Below are positions 33,108-44,500 of a stretch of DNA of 64,000 nucleotides, piece after piece. Numbering within the stretch: position 1 is the stretch's first letter; the number at the start of each line of letters is the position of its first letter. The notes below the pieces were generated by a model that saw only the letters and a program-made list of their open reading frames with translations, made no database searches and was not told the DNA's origin. Source of the stretch: Zootoca vivipara (lineage: Eukaryota); assembly GCF_963506605.1 (NCBI RefSeq), contig NC_083294.1, positions 31,186,001 to 31,250,000 of the forward strand. Direction: 5' to 3'. Made by a program: the position numbers and the translations under genes.

Positions 33108-34183
33108 GCCTGGCTTTGACATGCCAAGCAGTACATCTGTGATGCCAACCGAAAAGCTCCACAGCCTTCCTTCCTTTTGTTTTGGGGCCCTTTTTAATTC
33201 ACCAGTGTTAGGCGGATTTGGTTCCATGACTAGGAAGCAGATCACTCTCAGGTTTTGATGTTTTATTTTGATTTATTTTGATGTTTTATTTGCCCAAGTA
33301 ACTGGTGTTTTGCCAGACATGTGGACAGAAAATACCATCACTTGAGGGGAAGATACTGGTTCCCTTGAGCAAGCACACATGGTTGGTCTCCTGATGAAGA
33401 TAGAAAAGTTTTGATTACAGTCTTGGTCTTTAAAATTTACCATTACAATTTGCTAGAGGCCACCCAGTGTGGCTGGGGCAACCCAGCCATATGTGCTGCA
33501 TAGAAATAATATTGTTTAAGAGTAGGGTGAAATTATTTCTTTCCTGGAAGAGAGTTGTTAGGGCACAGTGCAGAAGCGACTTGTGAGAAGGAAAACAGCA
33601 CTGTTCCCATCCTTCATGTACTGGCATGTCTTGTCTGTAAGAGGTTTCCCTACAAAATAACAGCAAATAAAATTGTATGTGTGTTGATCTCATATTTTTT
33701 GTAATGTGGACAGTTTCCTCAAGATGGTTGGATACACACAAGCTAATCCCAGCTTTCTCCCTCCGAAGGAATAGCTTTTTAATTCTTATGGATAAACAAT
33801 TTCAACACATAATAGACAATAGACCCAGAAATGGGTGGGTATCCTCAGCATCAAGTATTCTGCCCATTCCTGCTCCTGCTCATGTTCTGTCCCTTCACAA
33901 CTTTGCACTGAATCATTCCATTTGTAGGGTGTAATGTTCTGCCTCTAGACCTCAGTTTGGGTTGTGTCTTTTAAAAACAAAATGAACCTGTGACTCTCCA
34001 GATGTTCAGCTCAGCTCCCCTCAGCCAGTATGGTCAGTGGTCAGAGATAATGGGAATTGTAGTCCAGCAACATCTGGAGGTCCACAGGTCATTCCACCTG
34101 TGTTGTATAGATGCCCTATAAAACAAATGAGAAAACTACTGCTAAACTTGAAAGCTATCTATCTCAATCTGTTAATTTTGTTA

Positions 34184-34400
34184 CAGGTAGGTAGCCGTGT
34201 TGGTCTGAGTCGAAACAAAATTAAAAAAAATCATTCAGTAGCACCTTAAAGACCAACTAAGTTTTTATTTTGGTATGAGCTTTCGTGTGCATGCACACTT
34301 CTTCAGATACACTGAAACAGAAGTAACCAGACCCTTATGTATATTCAGAGGGTGGTGGTGGGGGTGATGGGAATGGGTGATGGGCTGATAGGAGCGGTAA
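34184..34400 (-). mobile_element. Penelope-like element 3' fragment
   Basis: Same terminal sequence as 7105; carries a hammerhead motif. Confidence 0.65.
34273..34310 (-). ncRNA. Minimal type I hammerhead ribozyme motif (Penelope-associated)
   Basis: The minus strand reads GUAU-CUGAAGA-A-GUGUGC AU GCACAC-GAA-AGCU-C^AUAC. The core boxes are intact, stem I is GUAU/AUAC, and stem III is palindromic. Confidence 0.65.
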
Positions 34401-34517
34401 TTTTGTGTATTACCGTTTGGATCAACCTGACTTCTTCCCACTGGAAGTTGGGACTCTGGCTTTGAAGTAAATTAATGTCCTTGAGTTAGGATGTCCTCTG
34501 GGTGGTACGACTTAGAG

Positions 34518-34653
34518 CAGGCATCCCCAAACTGCGGCCCTCCAGATGTTTTGGCCTACAACTCCCACGATCCCTAGCTAACAGGACCAGTGGTCAGGGA
34601 TGATGGGAATTGTAGTCCAAAACATCTGGAGGGCCGCAGTTTGGGGGTGCCTG
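34518..34653. mobile_element. hAT MITE (136 bp)
   Basis: TIR CAGGCATCCCCAAACT and 8-bp TSD ACTTAGAG. Many decayed relatives occur, e.g. ~115-250, 13455, 28790, 33985, 55810, 61720, 62690. Confidence 0.88.
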
Positions 34654-35114
34654 ACTTAGAGGATCAACTGAACAACCTGTGTCATCCCTGCCACTTGCAG
34701 CATGATGAACATAATGTATGTTTTATGTACTTCTTTATGGGTTGTACTTGGATTGCATTGAAATCAGGTAAGTTGTGACTTCCAAGTTTCATTGATTTCA
34801 GTGGTAGCCAAGTGGGACTAACATGGAAACGACCCTGGGTATTGATGCAAAGTATGCATTAAATCATTAAATGGGCTGCAACTAAAAGGCATCTAACAAG
34901 TGTAAAAAGAAGGTTTTCCAAACGTACCAAAAACATTACTTACCTGGGGCACCATTTGATCTCTGGTTAACCCTTCGAGGGAGGTTTATGGCCCAGCATT
35001 CTTTTGTAGAGGAAGCATTTTTCTACGGAGGGGCGTTCACACCCTCTCAACTAGCCCTAGGAAATTGCTAGCATCTTCTAGAAGGATGCTGGGGGATTTC
35101 TCTGTTTACTAAAC

Positions 35115-35235
35115 TAGCCTAATCTAATTTCATACCTACTAAGAAGGCAAATCCTGGATTAACCTGGCCTGGCAAGGAGGGGATCAGGAAGGCAGCTTCA
35201 GCCTGCTGTTTCCCCAGCACATTGGATAAGGTGAC
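35115..35235. promoter_or_regulatory. Candidate CRX/OTX (K50 homeodomain) sites upstream of the AIPL1-like gene
   Basis: CTAATCT at 35119, GGATTAA (=TTAATCC) at 35156 and GGATAAG at 35224, all within ~310 bp of the ATG. Confidence 0.5.
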
Positions 35236-35429
35236 AAGGACCGGGACAATATCTCCGCCTTCAAAAGGGGTCTGCGGGCAGAGAAGAATTTCTGCTCAAT
35301 TCTCTAGAGTTGGTTGGACATTAGTACGATCAAAATAGATTGGGAGTAGAAGGTGAATTGAAGTGGGTCTGTTCCAGCAAGGCATTGTAAAACAAAAAGT
35401 TCTCCGGAAAAGCCGCTAGCAGCTCTGCC

Positions 35430-35525
35430 ATGGAGGAAACGTATCTGCTTAACGTGGAAGGAGTCAAGAAAAAGATTTTACATGGCGGCCACGGTCCGTT
35501 GCCAGATTTCAAAGATGGGAGCAAG
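35430..35525 (+). CDS. AIPL1-like exon 1
   Basis: Kozak gccATGG; [15 protein letters not shown]; AAG|gtaaat. Confidence 0.92.
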
Positions 35526-38500
35526 GTAAATGGCTGCAAGCATAGAAACCATTAGAAATGTGTAAATAGGATCATAGGAAGATGTCTTACACCATGCAAA
35601 CTCGTCTCATCTAGCTCATGGTTGTTGATATACTGAGTTGCAATGGCTCTCCCAAGGTTTTGGACAGGAGACTTTCAATCCCAGCTAGAGGTGCTGGGTA
35701 CTTAAATAGGGACCTTTTGCATGCAAGCATGCCCTCTGCCCCTGAGCTAGAGCTCTCCAGCAGTTATTGGCAATTATGTCTAAATTGAACCTCCATGTTT
35801 GGAGGCAGTATAGCCTGAATTTGAGTGGCTGGGATCGGCAGCATGGAAGAGCAATTGCTTTCATGTTCTGCTTATGGGCTTCCTGGATGCATGTTGCTGG
35901 CCACTGTTGGAAATGGGTGCTGGACTAGGTGGGCCTTTGATCTGATTCAGGTAATTGATTCTTGGGTAATTAGGTAAAAAGATGGGCAGCAGAAGGGTTG
36001 ACCTGGAACACACCTCTTGATTCCTCTGCCTTCTGTCTCTTCTGACTAGTGGCTTTAGCTGTTTTTCTGTTACAGAGGTAAAGCACATAGTAATAAGACA
36101 GTGAATCCTTTCAGTTGCATAATATGTCTAACACGTATAGAGCCTTGGAGGCTAAGCGCTGTGTCAGGTTCTAGCCCTATTCAGAGTAGTCCCATTGAAA
36201 TTAAATGGCCTATTCTTGGTAGGACTAGCAGCCCTACATATTTAAGTTTCTGTCCTACCTTTCAGTTATGTGCTTTCAGAATTATGACGCTCATTTGCTA
36301 TTAGTTAAAGGACAATAATTCCCACATCGGAAGAGGAAACTAAGCAGGCTCCCATTCAATGGAGGGAGGCAATAAATAATTGCCCCAGAACATTGTGGAA
36401 GGCAAAGCAAAGGTGGTTCTGAACTTCCAGGGGTTTAGATTTGAGCTGACTAGAGCCCTAACCATTACTGTATTAACTTTAGTTTGTCTTTGATCCAGAT
36501 CACATTCCACTTCCAAACGCTAAAAGACAACTTTGAGAGAACGGTTATAGATGACAGCCGGGGCCCTGGCATCCCCATGGAGATTATTGTGGGGAAGATG
36601 TTCAAAATTGAGGTGTGGGAGACCCTTCTAACTTCCATGCGGATCGGCGAGGTGGCAGAGTTCTGGTGTGATGCTATTGTGAGTGTGCAATTGTGTCAGG
36701 CATACCCTGAATGCATGAAATTGTCAAGTTCATGCCTACCCTAATTAGCAGAAAGTTATTTGCAATTGACTATCAAGCATCTGATACCCTTCAGATGCTG
36801 TTGAACTCCAACCCCCATATTCCCCAGCTAGCATGGCCAGTGACCGAGGAAAATGGGAGTTGTAGTCCAACATCTGGAGAACACCACAGTGGCTATCGTA
36901 AAATATGCTCACAACCTCCCATCATTTGACCCAGCTATCCAGATTCACTAAAATAGTTCCCCAGACTCCACCTTTTCAAAGTCTCTGGAACAGGCATCCC
37001 CAAACTTTGGCCCTCCAGATGTTTTGGGCTACAATTCCCATCTTCCCCGACCACTGGTCCTGTTAGCTAGGGATCGTGGGAGTTGTAGGCCAAAACATCT
37101 GGAGGGCCACAGTTTGGGGATGCCTGCTCTGGAACATAGGAAGCTCCCTTATACCGTGCCAAATTATTGGTTCATCTAACCCAATATGGTCTACATATCT
37201 CCAGGGAACAAAATGGTCTTCTCCATCACCAGCTACTTTATTATCTTAATTTGAAACCGAACCCTACCCTCAGCATGTAATGCAGGAACTCTACCACTGA
37301 GCTACATGCCTCATCAATCAATCTTCCTTTTATCAAGTGCCTCTTGCAATAGATTCTAGAGTAAAGCAGGGATGGAAAATTGCAAAGGGTTTTGGACTCG
37401 GGGGTGTGTGTGTGTGTGGATTCAAATACCTATTAACTTGCCTCTCGCCTTCAGGCCTTGGGCAAATTTCCGTTTCTTATTGTGAGTTGACTAAGGGCTA
37501 TTTCCAGGCCACCTGTTTACTGAACATCCATCCTGATTTGTTTCCAGGGAGATTAAATAGCCAACATTGTCTAATGAACATTTGTTCTGACTTGTTTGTG
37601 GGGAGGTTAGATGCTGCTGCATCAAAGCAAGTGTTATCCAGCACTTCCCTGTGCATCTTACCCTCACTTTCCTGAACCCAAAAAGTCTGTTCTTTTGGGG
37701 AGGAAGTGGCCTTGTTGTGCAAGACCTCTCTCCCCCACTCCCCAATCCATTATAGTTGCACAACCTGAATTTGCCAGTGACTTGATCCTGTCCCAAAATA
37801 GTGATAGTCTTGAAGTGTCCTAAGAGAATGCCAATGATCTAGCAGCCTAGCCTGACGCTTGGGAGTAGGATGGGCTATGCTGTGCCTTTTTATGCTAAGA
37901 TAATGCAGATCGTACACTAAGGAAAAAATACCACCTTCCCTCTTGGGCATCTGATTGTAGCACATCACATTCCCCATGCAAGGCCCTGTATGCTCTCTGC
38001 ACCAGTCTTATGGTTACCTCCTTCGCAATTTCAGCACACAGGAATGTACGCCTTAGTCTCCAAGGGCATGAGGAAAATTGCCGAGGGCAAGGACCCTCTG
38101 GAGGGCCAGAAGCATCGCTGTGGGATGGGCAACATGTTCGATTACCACACCACAGGCCACGCAGACCTGGATGAACTACAGCAGACGCCACAGCCCCTTA
38201 TTTTCATTATGGAGCTGTTCAAAGTGAGTGGGAGGATCAGAAGGAAACTACAGATCCGTTGTGTAACGCGCGGTTGCCACCATCTCCTCAACAGATGAGA
38301 TCAACTTCAAAGTCATAAATACTTTGTATTCCCCTGTCCTCCAAAGGGTGTCAATTGGTTTATCACACCCTCCCTCCATTTTATCCTCACAACCCCTGTG
38401 AAGTAGCCCGGGAGGCAGCAGCTGGCCAAGGACGTTCTGTGAACATCATGGCTGCATGGGGATTTGATGCTGTATTGTTTTAATATTAGATTGGGAGCCG

Positions 38501-38543
38501 CCCAGAGTGGCTGGGAGGCTCAGCCAGATGGGCGGGGTATAAC

Positions 38544-38596
<53 letters not shown>

Positions 38597-41500
38597 TTAT
38601 TATTTATACCCCGCCCATCTGGCCGGGTCTCCCCAGCCACTCTGGGCGGCTTCCAACAGAAAAATAAAACACAATAATCTATTAAACATTAAAAGCCTCC
38701 CTGAACAGGGCTGCCTTCAGATGTCTCCTAAAAGTCTGGTAGTTGTTTTCCTTTTTGACATCTGTTGGGAGGGCGTTCCACAGGGCAGGCGCCACCACCG
38801 AGAAGGCCCTCTGCCTAGTTCCCTGCAACTTGGCTTCTCGTAGTGAGGGAACTGCCAGAAGGCCCTCGGTGCTGGACCTCAGTGTCCAGGCAGAATGATG
38901 GGGGTGGAGATGCTCCTTCAGGTATACTGGACCGAGGCCATTTAGGGCTTTAAAGGTCAGCACCAACACTTTGAATTGTGCTCGGAAACGTACTGGGAGC
39001 CAATGTAGATATTTCCCAGCCCACTGCTCCCCAGGCCTAATCCAGCATTCTGGCAACTACATGCCACTGACACGGCAGTCCGTGCCAATGAGTACCAGTT
39101 TGTGTCCAGCTGTGTCAGATGCAAAAGCTTTTTGTGGATTCTACCACCGCAGTTGGAGGGAAGAAGCATCTCTGCCCGAATAACCCTCTTCCCCCACCCC
39201 AAGGTCCTTGCACTTTGAAAACTGGCTTTCAAAGTGTCAGAGAAAAGGGTTCAACTTACCTCATCCCTGATGTGCTGTTTTGCTATTGTCAGCCTGCCTA
39301 TGCACAGCATACAGTTTCAGAAACCCTTGTCCAGGTGCTTCCACCGTCTGCTGTGAAATGGGTGGCGACTTAGTAAGAGGACCTTCTCTGCTGCAGCTCC
39401 CTCAGAAATCTTTGTACTAGGAGGTCCACAGGCAGATATTAGAGCTGTGAACATGCACTGGGAGCTGAGCCAATGGGGGTGCCGTCTCAAAGCTGGGTAA
39501 GCAAGGCACCGGGCTTTTGGGGAGGAGGTGTGAAGCTCTGGCAGGATCCTAGAGTCCTCTCACCTCCTTTCCAAAGCCTAGCTAGCAGTTCCCCAGTTTT
39601 CAGCACCAAAAGCAGATAGGGGCAGAACGGGGGAAAGCACGTGCCCTGGTACGGAACCCCTGTGTAAGTGGGGGTTCCCCTGCAATAACTGTGGTTTCCT
39701 CTCCTATCTAGGTAGAGGATCCCTCTTCCTACAAGCGGGATACGTGGGCCATGAACAACGAGGAGAAGCTGCTGGCTGTGCCGAAGCTGCACACGGAGGG
39801 CAACCGACTGGTCCTTTCCAGGAAATTCAAGGAAGCGGCAGAGAAATACCAGGAAGCTGTCATCTGCTTGCGCAATATCCAGGCCAAGGTAAGAGTTGGG
39901 TGGAGATAAAATTAAAAAAGTAATTGATTTAAAATATGCTGGCTCTAAACAGGCTGCCTGTCTCCATATTTGACTGCCTATAGAGTAGGACTTTCTGTTG
40001 TTACAAGCTAAGGCAAGTGGGGTAGTTGGCCAGGACAGGGTCTTCTCAGTGATGTCCCCTTCAATTATTCAATGCTCTCTCCAGAGAGGTCTGCTTGGTG
40101 TGTTTTTTGTCATCTTCTTGGCACCAGGTAAAGACCATTGCAGCAGCAGCAGCAACAACAACAAAATATCCCAGGCCTTTTAAACAAAATTTTAGCTCTG
40201 TTGATTGTTTCACATGGCTTTCAAGATCTTGCCGCCATTCAAATATTTGGGTTTATTTAGATATTTTTTTATTTGCATTATTCTTCTCTAAAAACTGTTT
40301 TGCACTTCTTTCTCATATGAATTGTTCCTATGATTTTTTTATTTAAAAATCAAAAAGTGGTATAAATACGCATAATCAGAGCCATGAAGCAAGGGGAAGA
40401 GCCCGTCTGAGGCAGCGAAAGTGCAGGAGGCAGTGCTCTACTTGATCTACTACTTCCACCACTGCCGGAGAGAGGGAAGCTTTGTAGCACACAGCGCTGC
40501 TCACCTTCCCTGCCGCTGGATAGAGGAGCTGAGTGTTAACACTTTGAGGACCACCCCAGCTCCCACTGAATTTGGTGAGAGCTGGGGCACGAAGGCGGCA
40601 GAAGTTGTTGGTCTCCAACTCCCATCAGCCCATGTCAGAATAGCCCTGTGGTGCAAGATGGTGGTGGAATTTGTAGTGCAACATCCCCTGGAGGGCCAGA
40701 GGTTCTTCCATCCCTACAATATATAATGAAGGTTTATGAATGTCCGGTGTTGGACTATGTTCTTGGACCACTCATTCCCCATGAAGGACTTACCATGTCT
40801 GATGTCTTGCCACCCCTAAAGCTAAGCTGTATTTCACCTGGCCGGTGTCTAGATCACCTGGGGATCCAATTTTTAAGCTATTCTGAGCTCTCTGTGAGAA
40901 AGAGGTGGATGCAAATAAATCATTTTGTTAATTAGCTAGGTGCTCTCTTTTGCCATAAACGAGTTTGTTGGCTTCCATGTCTCTGGTATATTCTGCCGTG
41001 TCCCACCCTGAACACTGGCTTCAATGCAGGGAGTCTCTGTCTCTTAGTGGACTATTCCAAACCTTACCTGGAGATGGTGGTGATGGAACCTGGGACCCAC
41101 ATGCGAAACCTGCAAAGCAGGTGCCTTTACCACTAAGCTACAACTCTTCTCCAAACCCACCATCTTGTTCTTTGTTGGCTTTTTCTACAGGAGAAGCCAT
41201 GGGATGAAGACTGGATGAAGCTGGAGAATCTCATTACACCTCTTGTGCTGAACTACTGCCAGTGCCAGCTGGAGTTGGGGGAGTATTATGAGGTGCTGGA
41301 GCACACAACCGACCTCCTGCAGAAGAACAACGGTGAGTGGTACCTCCAGCTTGCTACTTGCAGAACCCTCCTCTATCCTTTTCTGCATGTGCCAGGACCC
41401 TACACTGCATGATCATAGAGATGTGCTCCAGCATTCCTCCCGTTGTCCCGTTGTCCTGAGACTACACATCTCACATCACATACAATTTTATTGGCCACCC

Positions 41501-44500
41501 ATGAAGACATCAATGACCAATGCAATTACTTGGGCGGTTTGTTAAGACTGGGTGACTCTGAGCTCACACGCTTTGTTCCTTTACGTTATTTATGCTTCCA
41601 AAAAGAGCAAAGCAAACATTTGATACCAGTTTAGACACATCCAGTTGACATGCAATCACTGACCCACAGGTCCTTTTGGACCTAGAAGAAGGCAGAAGGG
41701 CGTGGAATGAGGGCGGAGTGGGGTGCACTTATGCTCGCCCTGCCAGTGTGTGCAGGGGCCGGGAACAGAACCCCTGTGCAAAATAGTCACTGTCTGTATC
41801 AATAGCCTGCTTTTGCAGCCTTAAGGTCTAGATTTATCATTATTACTACTATTAGTATTAATTAAAGTTGGGATTTTGAGAACACAGTGTTCTACACTAC
41901 TTACCAAATTATTCATGCATCGTAATTGTGAAACCACAAGGTTCAGCACTGGTTCCAGGTTTTGGGGTGCTGTTGGGCAACATGCCTTTGGTGGGCATGT
42001 CTCCTCCCTCCAGGAGTCCATCTCTTCCTTCCCACGATCACAAGTGTCACATGATCAGCACAGCAACAAGGCTCCCTAGCAGGAGTGGGGGAGCTCAGGC
42101 CTGGGGGCCAAATACAGCCGGATTCTTTGAAACTGAATGTAAACTCAGCTGAAGTCCTCCTCCCAATGTGCAGGAGGAGGAAAGTGGGAGCATGTGAGCC
42201 CAGTGCTGGATTCCAACTCCAATCAGCATGTTTAATGGCCAGGGAAGATGGGAGTTGTGGCCAGCAGCATTTGCAGCATCACAAGTTCTTTAGCCCCGGT
42301 TCAGCATTATGTGTGATCCTACCCCATTGTGTCTCAGGGAATAACTGAGGAGGAAACGTCAACAGTTGACTTTGGTTTTATTCACCCATCGTCCTCTGGC
42401 AATTTTACACAAAGCTACTGGTACCTCTGAGAGAGAGATTTATCCTGTATACACACCATACATTTAAAGCACACACCCCTGCAAATAATTCTTGTTAAGG
42501 ATGTTGTTAATTTTAGCTCTGTGTTATAAGAATTTTAAAAGGTCTCAAATATAGAATATTGCATGCCGAGGTCCCCAGGACACCCCCCAATAACTCACAC
42601 AGCACACAGAAATTAAAATTAAGGTTTTTGGCATTTTGGTCACAACTTTATTTAAATACAAAAATGTGAGTGGTTGCTTAGGTATTGGTTCCATACATAC
42701 ACATACACACATCTATCTATCTCTAAGACAGAACTAACTGACTTCCCCGCTTCCTGAAGTCAGTGCAGGGAAAGCATTTTGGGGAGAGAATGGAGCTGGA
42801 AGGCTGGCCCTTCGCCTCTCCACCAAATGCCCCCAGGGGCTCTTGCGTGGCCCTAGCCTCTTGTCGGGGTACGGGCTAAAGCATGTCGAGCCCCTGGATT
42901 CCTTTAACGGAATTCACCCTTGCAGCAGCAGCATTGGAGGAGCCGGCACAACCAACAACCAATTCTGGCCCCTCCACCAACCAACAGCATTGGAGGGACT
43001 GGCACAACCAATCATGATCCCTCCACCAACCAATTTATGAATCAATGCCTAACCGCCAACCTTACAAGTTGTGACTATTTGCTATGCAGTAGGCGAAAAC
43101 CAAGTGGCACCAGCCAATCAGCCAACCCCATGACAGGCACAGCAAGGTCAAACGCAACAGCCTAATTAAAGAGGAGGGTGGGTGGGTGATCCGAAGCTCG
43201 CAGCAAAGAGAAAGCCCAGGCTGTGAGCAAGGAATATAAAACCAGTGGGCTGTCCCCAAATTGCAACATCCAAATCTACCCCACAACAATAATCCACCAG
43301 TTGTAGCCCTGGTCATCTAGTCAACCCCACCCAACAGAAAGGGAGCGTGTCCTGTTAGCCCCCACGGCAACATGGGCTCTCCATGAAGGATAACCTGCTT
43401 TCATAAATGCACACATATCTAAATATATGAACCATGTGTCTGAAATAGCAATCCTGAAGCCATTTTCACTCTCCCAATGACTTCAGATATTCCTCTGCAG
43501 TAAGGGAGGCAAAGGGAGAAAAAGCCCTTCCCATTGTCTTTTTGCTTGCAAATCCTATCTTAAGGGTGCATTTGTGTATGAATAGGGTGAGTCTGTGACT
43601 TGGACTCAGGAACTAAAGTATTAACCATCACAAAAGAATGGCCAGGCTGCCCAGGTAATACAATCAGTGACCATTATAAGGTATTCGGTCAGGCAGGATT
43701 TCTGCTGTAGACTGCCTCCTGGCTCCTTCTGTGATGTATTTATGGTGTTTAGGGGTGGTGGCCTTGGGCTACAGGGTGGGCAATTTTAAAAGTCTACATA
43801 AGGCCTTGCTCACTATTGTTCAGGGTTCTCCTCCCTCTTGCGCGTGGTGAGTTGCAACAGTTCCGTGAATAAAGATCAGGCTTACTAGCCGCTTTACTTC
43901 TCAATATACTCTGCTATTTTCTCCTACTGATAGGGCTCTATACGGGCTCCGGAATACCCCATACGGGAAAGGGAGCAGTTTTTCTTATAACATCTGTAAG
44001 GGGTGAGCAACAATTCCCAGTTTTCTTTGGTGGGAGGAACTGCGCTTTAAATGAATGTGGTGTACACAGTCATTGTGTGACCCGAGTGGGCTGACTTCAG
44101 TCTCATGTGGTCCACTCAGATGACAACATAAGAAACACCCTATCCTTACATGGTCCAGGAATGCAGAATACTGAGAGCGGTGGCTTTTAACATATAACTC
44201 TATAATTTATAAGATTTGTTTATGAGAGCTAGCAAACCAACTGACTTTGTTCTTTTGCTAGAAAATGTCAAGGCTTATTTCAAACGGGCTAAAGCCCACG
44301 CTGCTGTCTGGAATGAAAAGGAGGCCCGAACAGACTTTTTGAGGGTGGCCCACCTGGATCCATCGCTGACTGCTGCTGTGAGGAAAGAATTGAAGCTCTT
44401 GGGGGAGAGGATGAGGAAGAAGCACGTGGAAGACCGCAAGAAGTACAAAGATCTCTTCCAGCAGCCTCCTCCTAAAGGAGAAACTGAGGGGAGAGCAATG

